Source: Bacteroidota bacterium
Lineage (GTDB): Bacteria; Bacteroidota; Bacteroidia; Bacteroidales; VadinHA17
Direction: 5' to 3'
Length of the DNA: 64,000 nt
NCBI GenBank assembly: GCA_018262715.1
Contig: JADFDS010000044.1
Location: forward strand, 41,527 to 105,526
The notes beneath the pieces were generated by a model. The model made no database searches and had not been told where the DNA came from. It worked only from the letters and a program-made list of their open reading frames with translations. A program made the position numbers and the translations under genes. Each line of letters opens with the position of its first letter. The stretch's first letter is position 1. Below are positions 25,320-34,751 of this stretch, one piece after another.

Positions 25320-26978
25320 ATGAAAAAGTTAATAATAATCTTAATAGCTGTAGCGACTATCGGGTTGTCAGGTTGTGAAAAATGGCTTGACATAAACAAA
25401 AACCCCAACGATGCTACCAGAGCCAATCCCGACCTGATTCTGCCGGGAGTTCTCAAGACATGGGGAGCTGATGTTCAGAACCTCACCCAACTTTATGGAG
25501 CATGGATGGGTTACTGGTACCATGCAGGCGGATGGTCAGGATGGTACAGTGAAAAGAAATACGAGATCACTGCCAGTTACCTGAACCGTTTCGACTACTA
25601 CCCGGGCCAGCTGACTGACACCAGGTTTATCCGGTTGAATTCAGGTGACAATGTAATGTATCCTGCAATTACAGATGTTGTTGATGCATGGTATTATTCA
25701 CGTCTGATAGACCTTTACGGAGATGTTCCTTACTCCGAGGCATGTCAGCCTGAACTGACTCTTACTCCAAAGTATGACGATGCAGAAACCATCTGGCTTG
25801 ACCTGATCGACAGGCTCGATAATGCAATTACCGTATTCAACAATGCAGTGAATGCAGCTGACCATGCAACAAATCCGATCTATAGTTTCAAGCCTGCCAG
25901 TGACATAGTCTTCTCAGGTGATTTTACCAAATGGAAGCAATTTGCCAATACTCTTAAGCTGAGGCTGGTAATGAGGCTCACCAACGTCAGGACTGCCGCA
26001 GAACTCAAGGGAATGATGGACAACACCGTTGCTCACGGCTTTATCACGGCCAACGTTAGTGTCAACCCGGGCTATTCGTCATCAGACGGTAAGACCAACC
26101 CCTGGTGGAACACCTTTGGCAAGAACTTCAGTGGCACCGTTCAGACCTCCAACACCCAGTATGTCCTGAACAGGTACTTCCACGAGAAGATGGCAGCACT
26201 TGCTGATCCGCGCCTTGAAAAGTATTTCTTTGCACCTGCATCGGCTTCTCCTGCCGGTACCCTCATTTCAAGGGTTCTCGGCGTTGACGGCGACCTGGTC
26301 ACCCAGCCCAACTCAACCACCGCAGCCAACTATTCATGGCTCTTCATAGCAGCGAATGCTACTGTGACAAGCGGCAGGGTCAACAGTGGTGACGGCGCTC
26401 TTGACAGGGCTGTCATCATGATAGGTCCTGAGGCATACTTCCTCCAGGCTGAAGCCGCTTCCCGTGGTATTATTACCACCGGCATGACTGCACAGGCAGC
26501 CTACGAGGCAGGTATAACAGCTTCAATGACTGCTTCAAAAGTTGCTTCAGCTGACATAGACCCGTACCTCACCAGTGTAAACGTGGCATGGAACACAGCA
26601 TGGTCAGCCACCGAACAGATAAAAAGGATCATTGACCAGAAGTATATAGCAAACTACTTCCTGAACCATTTCGAATCATTCTGTGACTACCGTCGTACAG
26701 GATATCCGAACCCGATGCACCCGACATTCACCAATGACGCGGCTCTTGACCCGCTTAGGGAGATGCTGAGCTACTATCCGGGTGGTCTCATCAGGAGGCA
26801 GATACCGAGGCTGTTCCCGTATCCGCAGGCTGAAATCAACATTAATAATGATGCTACAATGGCTGCCATCAATGCTCAGATTTCAAAGAATGGCGTTACA
26901 TTCAACACCACTTCCTACCCGTTTGACGCCAGGACATTCTGGGATACTGCACCCAAGACAATCGGATACGATTATTAA
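25320..26978 (+). CDS. susD: SusD/RagB-family nutrient-binding outer-membrane lipoprotein
   Basis: 552 aa with lipoprotein signal ...IGLSGC. It lies immediately downstream of susC and has a TPR-like helical pattern (ANTLKLRLVMRL; QKYIANYF). Confidence 0.88.
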   Translation: MKKLIIILIAVATIGLSGCEKWLDINKNPNDATRANPDLILPGVLKTWGADVQNLTQLYGAWMGYWYHAGGWSGWYSEKKYEITASYLNRFDYYPGQLTDTRFIRLNSGDNVMYPAITDVVDAWYYSRLIDLYGDVPYSEACQPELTLTPKYDDAETIWLDLIDRLDNAITVFNNAVNAADHATNPIYSFKPASDIVFSGDFTKWKQFANTLKLRLVMRLTNVRTAAELKGMMDNTVAHGFITANVSVNPGYSSSDGKTNPWWNTFGKNFSGTVQTSNTQYVLNRYFHEKMAALADPRLEKYFFAPASASPAGTLISRVLGVDGDLVTQPNSTTAANYSWLFIAANATVTSGRVNSGDGALDRAVIMIGPEAYFLQAEAASRGIITTGMTAQAAYEAGITASMTASKVASADIDPYLTSVNVAWNTAWSATEQIKRIIDQKYIANYFLNHFESFCDYRRTGYPNPMHPTFTNDAALDPLREMLSYYPGGLIRRQIPRLFPYPQAEININNDATMAAINAQISKNGVTFNTTSYPFDARTFWDTAPKTIGYDY

Positions 26979-26998
26979 ATCAATAAAAACTACTGACA

Positions 26999-27928
26999 AT
27001 GAAAAATATAAGTATAAAACTGTTATCGCTTCTGGTCCTTCTGACGATGTCTCTCACATCATGTCTGAATGACCTCGAAGATTTCATTGGTGATTTCAGC
27101 AGTGTTCCAGCGATAGCCGAATTCAATGAAGCAACGAATGCTTCCACAGGTACCGTGGGAAGGGAGATTATCGACCCGACCGCACCTGCAGAGTTCTCTC
27201 TCCGTCTGAACATCACTGTAATCAACACTCTCAGCACCGATACAAAGATCACCCTTGCTATCGACAATGCCCTGGTGGCAGCTTACAACACCTCCAAAGG
27301 GCTTACGGGTGCAGCTGCTGCCGTACCGGTTCCTGCAGCTGCTATCACTGCTCCCACACTTGAGGTGACCATACCTGCAGGACAGAGGGAGGCAGAATGG
27401 GAATTTTCAATTGATGCCACAAAAGTTCCCAATCCTGTGACCACCTTCTACATCCTTCCTGTGAAGATTGCCTCCGTGAATAATGACATTACAATCAGCG
27501 GAAACAATTACATCAGGCTCGTGAGAATCCTGGCAAGGAATGAGTTCGACGGCAAATACAAGATGAAAGGCTTCATCATGAGACCCGGTGACACCGGAGG
27601 CCTCGAAGGCTGGTTCAAGGATCAGGATTACAGTCTCAGCACTGTCAGCGGCAATGCAGTCAAGATGAACAGGGTTCAGGTATGGGCTAACGGCTCAAAC
27701 GTTGGCGGTATCGAAGCCTGGACTATCGTCGTTGACAACTCTGGCACCTCGCCCTATCCGATCACTGTTATTGATAATGTCCAGGGAGCAGCATTCATCA
27801 TGGTTCCGGGCTATGACAGCCGCTATGATGCTGCATCCAAGACATTCTTCTGGAGCGTTGAATGGGGTACGGCAACTCCCAAGAACAGGGGATGCACAGA
27901 TACCCTTGTTTACGTAGGCCCAAGATAA
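26999..27928 (+). CDS. DUF1735-like surface lipoprotein (candidate SGBP of the PUL)
   Basis: Lipoprotein signal LLTMSLTSC. The pattern ...ITLAIDNALVAAYNTSKGL... is typical of BT_3987-like N-domains. It is the third gene after susCD. Confidence 0.6.
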   Translation: MKNISIKLLSLLVLLTMSLTSCLNDLEDFIGDFSSVPAIAEFNEATNASTGTVGREIIDPTAPAEFSLRLNITVINTLSTDTKITLAIDNALVAAYNTSKGLTGAAAAVPVPAAAITAPTLEVTIPAGQREAEWEFSIDATKVPNPVTTFYILPVKIASVNNDITISGNNYIRLVRILARNEFDGKYKMKGFIMRPGDTGGLEGWFKDQDYSLSTVSGNAVKMNRVQVWANGSNVGGIEAWTIVVDNSGTSPYPITVIDNVQGAAFIMVPGYDSRYDAASKTFFWSVEWGTATPKNRGCTDTLVYVGPR

Positions 27929-27952
27929 TGGCTTGACAATTTTGACTATAAG

Positions 27953-27984
27953 AGAGGCTGCCTCAGAAGGGCAGCCTCTTTTTT
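27953..27984 (+). terminator. Rho-independent terminator
   Basis: Stem AGAGGCTGCC / GGCAGCCTCT with a 7-nt loop, followed by a T-run. Confidence 0.8.
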
Positions 27985-28040
27985 GTCTCCGTCTGCAGAT
28001 ACACAGCTGTCAGATTATCCTATGTCTCATACGGTACCGG

Positions 28041-30446
28041 TCACCGCTGACCCTTTCTACCATTCCCGGCGGCGATCACTGAAAATACTGACTCCTCCCC
28101 GGTTCTTATCACAACCGGATTATCTGAAATGATACGTTCGCCAAATCCGTCGAGGATGATCTTTCTTAACCGCAGCTCACCTCCGAAAACTTTTAATTTA
28201 GCCTCCCGGACTCCCCTGTCGCCTGTCACAACACATTCGCCCCAGGCGTAGCCGTTTGACCAGAAGGTGACTCCTTCTGAAGACCTTATCTGAAATGACT
28301 CATCCACCGCGGAATAACGGAACCGGGTGAGTGCAATCACTGGGGTCCATGCTGCCATTGACTGCACCCCCCGGCACAGACAATCGGGATCGCCGAAAGG
28401 ATTTCCACTGAGACCGTCATGGTCTGATTGCACTCTGGCTAGAATCTTCAGTCCGTCCCCGGGCTTTCCGCTCAGGAACATACCGGCAGCTGTAATGTAT
28501 TCATGGCCGGACTCCGTACCGGGTTGCCTGCCTTCAGTTTTTATCCGCGTACCGCTCCTGAAAAGATTGCCCAGGCCGCAGATATCAGCCATGTACCGGC
28601 CGGCCATCTGACCGCCAGAAACAGTTCTGCCGAGCGTCCGTTTCAACATGTTATCGTCTGTCCATTCCGAGCCCCGCCTGAACAGCCCGTCAGTCAATCC
28701 GGTGAAATCACTGTCATTCACAGCCTTTGACATCTCATTCGCAGCCCTCAGGGCCCCGAGGTACCATATCTGTGTCTGTAAGTCAGCCTGAAATCTTCCG
28801 GCATCAGAAGATCCATTGTTGGCTCTGTCAATCACTCCGTCCCTGTCATGGTCCGGTCCGCCTGCAGACCAGGCGTTGGTAATGACTGACTTTATCCTGC
28901 CCCAGCGCTCCGTAAGGAACAGGCTGTCTCCTGATAATTGCCAGTCACGGTAAAATCTCATTACAGCACCCAGTTGCCCCTCAAAGTCAGCAGCAGGAAG
29001 GGCCGCTGCTGCAAAGCCCGGCACTTCTGTTACCGACTGTGCAGTTCCTGTAAAGCTGTCACCTGGAATGTCAAATTCAATTTCTCTCATTGATCTGGCA
29101 AGCCTGCCAAATAGAAAAGGCATTGCCTGTTCATTGTTCCATCCAGTGGTGCAGTAATCCTGGCAGGGGTCATCACCATTGATGGATCCTTCCCAGCCGC
29201 GGAACTTCCCGTCAGCCGTACGGAACAGCTGCGGAGACCGCAGGCCGCTCAGGTTGAAAAGTGCGGCTTCCAGAACCGGCTGAGGAAGTTTGCTTGCCAT
29301 CAGCGTTCGCACAAACCTGACCGAGTTCTCCTCAAGTAAAGGCATGTACGGGATTATTTTCTTTGTGACATCCCATGCATTGGTGAAATCTCCTGTATAG
29401 AAATTAACGTCATTGCTATGACCCGGCAGTTCTTTACTGACGGGAAAATGCCATGTAATTATGAACCTGAAATACCTGCTCCGGCCCGGCCCTATCGTAT
29501 CCCTGAAAGCCAGTGATGCAAATGGCTGACCTTCAGGCCCAGTCTGCAACTCAGTGAGTTCACCGTCACTGCTGAAGTCATCGCGGATCTCCTTTATTGC
29601 GCCAGCCAGGTCAGAAGCTTCAGATCCGGTCCTCCATGATATTGTATCCTCTCCCGCTGTTGAGAGAGCCATGGTGCGCCGTGCAGGATCAATGATGTCA
29701 GCGTCGCCGGAAGACATATATATTCCCTGGATATCCCTGTAAAAGATATATTCATTCCAGGGCTGGCCGGACCCTTCAGGTATTCCACCTACGTCGGGAT
29801 TCATCACCGGCTCGCCCGCGCTACCACCAATGAAGTTTCTCATGGTGCCGCAGACTGACACTATCACGTCGTCCATGGTTTTGTTCCTGACTTCGAAATA
29901 AAGGGCCGCAACAGGCAGTCCGCTAACCTCCGGTTCACCCGGGACCATCGGGTTGAATGCCCTGATTGTCACATCCACCGGCATCTCATCGTCAGAGAGA
30001 TGCACCTGTCCAAAGGGGAAGGCTGCATCAAACGAAGCATTGGCAAACCGTGGCAGACCATGCAGCAGTTCAGAGTCTCCGCCCCTGTTTTGATCTCCCT
30101 CCGCGCATGCCGGTCCAGCCAGGGCCTTGACAACAGCTCTTGAACCACCTGTCCTGGCATAAATTGAAAAGAAGGGAGCATTCTCCGGGTCTCCTGTTGC
30201 CTCAGATCCTGTGAGAGGCATGCCGGAAAGTCTCCAGTCCTTCAGTTCGCCGTTCCCGGCCAGGGAGACCGTCCCTGTTCCTATTCCTCCCAGAGGGAGG
30301 GCAATCCGGCACAGGTGATCCATGTCATATGACCTGATTACCGGCCACTCACCGGGCGGGGAGACAGTCACGAAGTCGTCAGAACAGGAAAGGGAGATCA
30401 GTGTTATAAAAACAAATGCCAAAAATGCTGAGCCTTTGGTTCTCAT
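28041..30446 (-). CDS. GH116-like glycoside hydrolase (GBA2-type beta-glucosidase N-domain plus DUF608-like catalytic domain)
   Basis: 801 aa with lipoprotein signal LISLSC. The N-terminal LPLGGIGTGTVSLAGNGELKDWRL is the hallmark of the GBA2/GH116 N-domain. The assignment is from memory of the family. Confidence 0.6.
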   Translation of the reverse strand: MRTKGSAFLAFVFITLISLSCSDDFVTVSPPGEWPVIRSYDMDHLCRIALPLGGIGTGTVSLAGNGELKDWRLSGMPLTGSEATGDPENAPFFSIYARTGGSRAVVKALAGPACAEGDQNRGGDSELLHGLPRFANASFDAAFPFGQVHLSDDEMPVDVTIRAFNPMVPGEPEVSGLPVAALYFEVRNKTMDDVIVSVCGTMRNFIGGSAGEPVMNPDVGGIPEGSGQPWNEYIFYRDIQGIYMSSGDADIIDPARRTMALSTAGEDTISWRTGSEASDLAGAIKEIRDDFSSDGELTELQTGPEGQPFASLAFRDTIGPGRSRYFRFIITWHFPVSKELPGHSNDVNFYTGDFTNAWDVTKKIIPYMPLLEENSVRFVRTLMASKLPQPVLEAALFNLSGLRSPQLFRTADGKFRGWEGSINGDDPCQDYCTTGWNNEQAMPFLFGRLARSMREIEFDIPGDSFTGTAQSVTEVPGFAAAALPAADFEGQLGAVMRFYRDWQLSGDSLFLTERWGRIKSVITNAWSAGGPDHDRDGVIDRANNGSSDAGRFQADLQTQIWYLGALRAANEMSKAVNDSDFTGLTDGLFRRGSEWTDDNMLKRTLGRTVSGGQMAGRYMADICGLGNLFRSGTRIKTEGRQPGTESGHEYITAAGMFLSGKPGDGLKILARVQSDHDGLSGNPFGDPDCLCRGVQSMAAWTPVIALTRFRYSAVDESFQIRSSEGVTFWSNGYAWGECVVTGDRGVREAKLKVFGGELRLRKIILDGFGERIISDNPVVIRTGEESVFSVIAAGNGRKGQR

Positions 30447-30542
30447 AAAGAAAGATGTTGATCCACAGATTAAAACTTGTAATAACAGGTGATATGCAGT
30501 CCGCTTTCAGGCCATTATCGTCCCGTGAGGCAGCAGCATCCG

Positions 30543-31250
30543 CTACCTCTTTGTTCCGACAAGGGTTATCAGGATGACACCGCCGCCACCCCTTGAGCCG
30601 TAAATTGCAGCGTCAGAGCCCTTCAGCACGCTGATCGACTTGACCTGGCGGGGACTGATATTATCTATTGTACTGACCACAGCGCCATCAACCACGAAAA
30701 GCGGGTCGGTGCTGAGCATAATGGAGTTTATTCCCCTGATTGTGATCTTGTTGCCATTCACCTGTACTCCCGGCACCTTACCCTGGATAAGCTGATAAAT
30801 ATCTGTATATACCGCGTTCTCATCAGCCTGTCCATCAATGTAACCCACATCGGTTGTCAGATCCTTCCTCTTGATTGTCCCGTATGCAACCTCGATTTCC
30901 TTTTCTCCTTCAGGCATTTCAAACTCGAAATTCATTAGCGCCTCCCTGCCGTCAAGAACAAAATCAACCACGGGCGCTCCGTCATATTCCGTCAATGCAG
31001 AGCCCATATTTGTGCTGTATACCCCGAGGCTCTTCACTTCCGGCCTGATCCGTATCCTGTAGGCGCCGTTTCCTCTTGTCACCACCCCGGTACTCTGCCC
31101 GTCTGCTATAATCAGCACTCCGCGAACGGGTGCCATGGTTGTATCGGTAACCATTCCGGTGACCGTCACCATCCTGGCCCGTTTCTGCCCCATGACCTGC
31201 ATGGCTGCGACAGTCACAAGCAATATCAGTATTAAAGTAATTGTTCTCAT
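30543..31250 (-). CDS. Stand-alone CarboxypepD_reg plus TonB-plug-fragment protein (no beta-barrel)
   Basis: 235 aa with a signal peptide. VTGMVTDTTMAPVRGVLIIADG is the regulatory-like domain. QGKVPGVQV...FVVDG...ISVLKGSDAAIYGSRGGGGVILIT is plug-like, and the protein ends right there. Confidence 0.65.
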   Translation of the reverse strand: MRTITLILILLVTVAAMQVMGQKRARMVTVTGMVTDTTMAPVRGVLIIADGQSTGVVTRGNGAYRIRIRPEVKSLGVYSTNMGSALTEYDGAPVVDFVLDGREALMNFEFEMPEGEKEIEVAYGTIKRKDLTTDVGYIDGQADENAVYTDIYQLIQGKVPGVQVNGNKITIRGINSIMLSTDPLFVVDGAVVSTIDNISPRQVKSISVLKGSDAAIYGSRGGGGVILITLVGTKR

Positions 31251-31417
31251 TTACCATGATTTAACATCACGCAATTTACGAAATTGAGAACCATTTTTCA
31301 AATTGATCCAGTGACACCGGTGCTCATCCTCGGCCACTATTCCAGCCTGACAAAGTTTTCGATCTTTTTTTACTACTTTTGCTGCCCTCCACACTGGAGA
31401 TTATTAATCAAACATTT

Positions 31418-32620
31418 ATGACTTTTGACGAGCTTGATCTGGACCCCGAAATTCTTGATGCAATTGACTACATGGGATTCAGGGAGACCACCCCTATACA
31501 GGAGAAGGCGATCCCGGTGATCCTTGAAGGGCATGATCTTATTGCCTGTGCACAGACAGGCACCGGGAAGACGGCTGCTTACCTCCTGCCTGTGATGAAT
31601 GACATTGCATATCACCGGCCTGCACATACCCACACCCTTATACTTGTTCCGACACGTGAGCTGGCCCTTCAGATTGACCAGCAGATACAGGGTCTGGCAT
31701 ACACGCTTAATATTACCTCACTTGCCGTTTACGGAGGAGGCGAGGGTAGTGCCTGGGACCAGGAGAAAGCTGCGCTGACACACGGGGCTGACATTATTGT
31801 GGCGACTCCGGGAAGGCTTATATCACATCTCAACCTCGGTTATGTACAATTCACGGAGTTGCAGGTGCTTGTGCTTGACGAAGCAGACAGGATGCTTGAC
31901 ATAGGTTTCCATGATGACATCATGAAGATCATTTCCTTCCTTCCGAAAAAGCGTCAGACACTGATGTTCAGCGCCACAATGCCGCCAAAAATAAGGTCGC
32001 TTTCCAAACATATAATGAAGAACCCGGAGGAGATCTCCCTGGAGATGTCGAAGCCGGCCGAGGGGGTGCTCCAGGCTGTTTACCTGCTTGAGGAGCCGCA
32101 GAAACTCCCCCTGCTCAACAGCCTCCTGGCGGACAAGCCCGAATACCACAGCATCCTCATCTTCAGCTCAACAAAGAAGAAGGTGCATGAGATTGTCAGG
32201 GGGCTCCGCTCACGTGACTACACTGTGGAAGGCATCTCATCAGACCTTGAACAGAAGGAACGTGAGGAGACTCTGCTGCGGTTCCGCTCCAGGCGGACGC
32301 GTGTACTGGTTGCCACCGATGTGCTGAGCCGGGGTATCGATATAAAGGACATCAACCTGGTTGTCAATTTCGACGCACCCTCAGACGCGGAGGACTATGT
32401 GCACCGTGTGGGCCGTACGGCTCGTGCTGACACCACAGGGGTGGCAATAACCCTGGTAACCAGGGCTGACCTGTTCAAGCTCCAGAGAATTGAAAAACTG
32501 ATCGGTTACCAGGTGTTCCGTGCACCGCTGCCCGACTTCATCTCTTCAGGTCACGGTGACACTGCGGGCCATCGCCCGTCGCGTCCCCGCTCCGGGAACA
32601 GGAAATTCAGGCGCCGCTGA
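31418..32620 (+). CDS. DEAD-box ATP-dependent RNA helicase (RhlE-like)
   Basis: MTFDELDLDPEILDAI, TPIQ, AQTGTGKTAAY, PTRELA, VLVLDEAD, SAT and HRVGRTARA, with a basic C-tail. I prefer the ATG at 31418. Confidence 0.9.
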   Translation: MTFDELDLDPEILDAIDYMGFRETTPIQEKAIPVILEGHDLIACAQTGTGKTAAYLLPVMNDIAYHRPAHTHTLILVPTRELALQIDQQIQGLAYTLNITSLAVYGGGEGSAWDQEKAALTHGADIIVATPGRLISHLNLGYVQFTELQVLVLDEADRMLDIGFHDDIMKIISFLPKKRQTLMFSATMPPKIRSLSKHIMKNPEEISLEMSKPAEGVLQAVYLLEEPQKLPLLNSLLADKPEYHSILIFSSTKKKVHEIVRGLRSRDYTVEGISSDLEQKEREETLLRFRSRRTRVLVATDVLSRGIDIKDINLVVNFDAPSDAEDYVHRVGRTARADTTGVAITLVTRADLFKLQRIEKLIGYQVFRAPLPDFISSGHGDTAGHRPSRPRSGNRKFRRR

Positions 32621-32735
32621 AATCTTTCGCGGTATCGCGGAAGAACCCCACGTTCTGTTTTAAAAACCGGGCAGGGAACCATTGTTGATTATCTGATTGT
32701 TCTATAACTTTGATCTCCACTAATCCTTTTTCCCG

Positions 32736-34247
32736 ATGACATCAGACGAAAAAACAATGATCATTATCGGCGGAGGCTTTGCCGGCCTCGCCGCAGGTAT
32801 TTACGGACGCCTCAACGGCTATAAAACAGAGATCTACGAGATGCACAGTCAGCCGGGCGGACTGTGTACAGCATGGAAGAGAAACGGCTACACCTTCGAC
32901 GCCTGCATTCACTGGCTGGTGGGCTCCTCGCCTGAGAGCAACATGAATAGCATGTGGATCGAGACAGGTATCGCACCAGGAAGGAAATTCGTTTACGCCG
33001 GCGAATACTACCGCGCCGAGGGGGCTGACGGGAGAACAATTATCTTCCATGCTGATCCTGACAGGCTTGAGAAGCATCTCCTTGAGGCTGCCCCTCAGGA
33101 TAAGGAAACCATAAAGGATTTCATCGCAGGGATAAGAATGTGTTCTGCATTTGACTTCCCTTCCGAAAAAGAACCGTTCCTGACACGGATCAGGAAACAT
33201 GTCAAAACCTTCTTTACGTTCATGAAGTACGGAAAAGAGTTCCGCAGGTGGACCGGCATTACCGGTGAGGAGTTTGCTTCGCGCTTCAGCGATCCCCTCC
33301 TGAAGCAGGCATTCCGCGAGATATGGATCCCGGAATTCTCGATGGTCTTCCTCTTTTTCACTTTCGCTTACCTAAGCAAGCGCAACGCCGGGTACCCGAT
33401 AGGCGGGTCAATGCCAATGTCGGAAGCCCTTGAAAAACGATACAGGGACCTTGGCGGAGTGATACACTATAATAAAAGGGTGGCGAGGATACTCACCACT
33501 GACGGCCGGGCTACCGGAATAAGGCTCGTTGACGGCACCGAGGCAAGTGCCGGCAGGGTCATCTCTGCAGCTGACGGGCATGCCACACTGTTTGATATGC
33601 TTGACGGAAAGTTCCTTGATGACAAGATAAGGGAGCAATATGATACATGGCCGGTGTTTCATTCACTCCTGTTCGTTTCGCTTGGAATAAAAAGGAAGTT
33701 TGATGATATGCCGGTCAGTGTCTCCGGATTCTCCTTCCCGCTGAATGAGCCGGTAATGGTTGCAGACAGGATGAGAGACAGGCTTCCTGTGCATATCTAT
33801 AACCAGGATCCGACCATGGCTCCTGACGGGAAGACATCAGTGATAATAATGCTGGAATCAGACTACGCATACTGGAAGAAACTGGCCGAAGACCGGAATA
33901 TCTATGTTCAGAAGAAGGATGAGGTGGCCGGGCTGATAATCAGGCTGCTCGGGCAGCGATTCCCGGGGATCGGGGACCAGGTGGAGGTTACCGATGTAGC
34001 AACTCCGCTTACGTTCGAGAGCTTCACCGGAAACTGGAAGGGTTCATTCGAGGGATGGCTCATCACCCCGAAGAATGCTTACACGATGATGAAGCCGATG
34101 CCTCAGACAGTGCCGGGGCTGCGAAATTTCTACATGTGCGGCCAGTGGGTTGAACCGGGAGGCGGGCTGCCCACCGCCATCATGTCAGCCCGGAGGCTTA
34201 TCAGGCAGATCTGCAGGGAAGACGGCAGGAAATTCAAGACTGAATAA
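32736..34247 (+). CDS. FAD/NAD(P)-dependent oxidoreductase, phytoene-desaturase (CrtI/CrtD)-like
   Basis: Dinucleotide-binding motif IIIGGGFAGLAAGIY...E at the N-terminus, 503 aa, and a C-terminal FYMCGQWVEPGGGLPTA motif. Confidence 0.75.
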   Translation: MTSDEKTMIIIGGGFAGLAAGIYGRLNGYKTEIYEMHSQPGGLCTAWKRNGYTFDACIHWLVGSSPESNMNSMWIETGIAPGRKFVYAGEYYRAEGADGRTIIFHADPDRLEKHLLEAAPQDKETIKDFIAGIRMCSAFDFPSEKEPFLTRIRKHVKTFFTFMKYGKEFRRWTGITGEEFASRFSDPLLKQAFREIWIPEFSMVFLFFTFAYLSKRNAGYPIGGSMPMSEALEKRYRDLGGVIHYNKRVARILTTDGRATGIRLVDGTEASAGRVISAADGHATLFDMLDGKFLDDKIREQYDTWPVFHSLLFVSLGIKRKFDDMPVSVSGFSFPLNEPVMVADRMRDRLPVHIYNQDPTMAPDGKTSVIIMLESDYAYWKKLAEDRNIYVQKKDEVAGLIIRLLGQRFPGIGDQVEVTDVATPLTFESFTGNWKGSFEGWLITPKNAYTMMKPMPQTVPGLRNFYMCGQWVEPGGGLPTAIMSARRLIRQICREDGRKFKTE

Positions 34248-34339
34248 TCCCGGCCGACAGCTGCCGGCATTCGCTATGGGCGCTATGAAGCCCCGGCAAA
34301 AGCAATCGCCATAGTCATTTGCGAAGTGATCACCAAAAA

Positions 34340-34378
34340 TATATTTGCATTTGTACAATAAAATATTGTATTTTTACA
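34340..34378 (+). promoter_or_regulatory. Candidate Bacteroidota promoter (-7 TAnnTTTG) with overlapping inverted repeats (possible PadR operator)
   Basis: TATATTTG at 34340-34347. Inverted repeats TACAATA-AAA-TATTGTA at 34354-34370 and TGTA-N4-TACA at 34367-34378. The region is AT-rich and lies 30-65 nt upstream of the padR-like ATG. Confidence 0.35.
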
Positions 34379-34406
34379 TTATATAAACATCTTATATATT
34401 ATCAAT

Positions 34407-34751
34407 ATGCTTCAAACTGATCTTATCAAAGGTTCTCTCCGGACAATCGTTCTCAAGCTGCTGAAGGAAAACGGCCGCATGTATGGGTATGAGATAACCC
34501 GCAGGGTTGAGGAACTCACCTCCGGAAAAATCAAGCTTACGTACGGTGCACTTTATCCCGTGCTCCATAAGCTCGAAAGTGAGGGAGTACTGGTCACGGA
34601 GGCAGAAAATTTCAACAACCGCATCCGGATCTATTACAGCCTGACGGAGATAGGCCATTCACTGGTCAGTGAAAAGGTCAGGGAACTGATGGAGTTCATA
34701 GAATCTCTCCAGGGCATTGTTAACCCGAAGACTGGTCCGAGCTATGCCTGA
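34407..34751 (+). CDS. PadR-family transcriptional regulator
   Basis: 114 aa. GSLRTIVLKLLKENGRMYGYEITRRVEELTSGKIKLTYGALYPVLHKLESEGVL is the canonical PadR winged HTH. Confidence 0.9.
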   Translation: MLQTDLIKGSLRTIVLKLLKENGRMYGYEITRRVEELTSGKIKLTYGALYPVLHKLESEGVLVTEAENFNNRIRIYYSLTEIGHSLVSEKVRELMEFIESLQGIVNPKTGPSYA

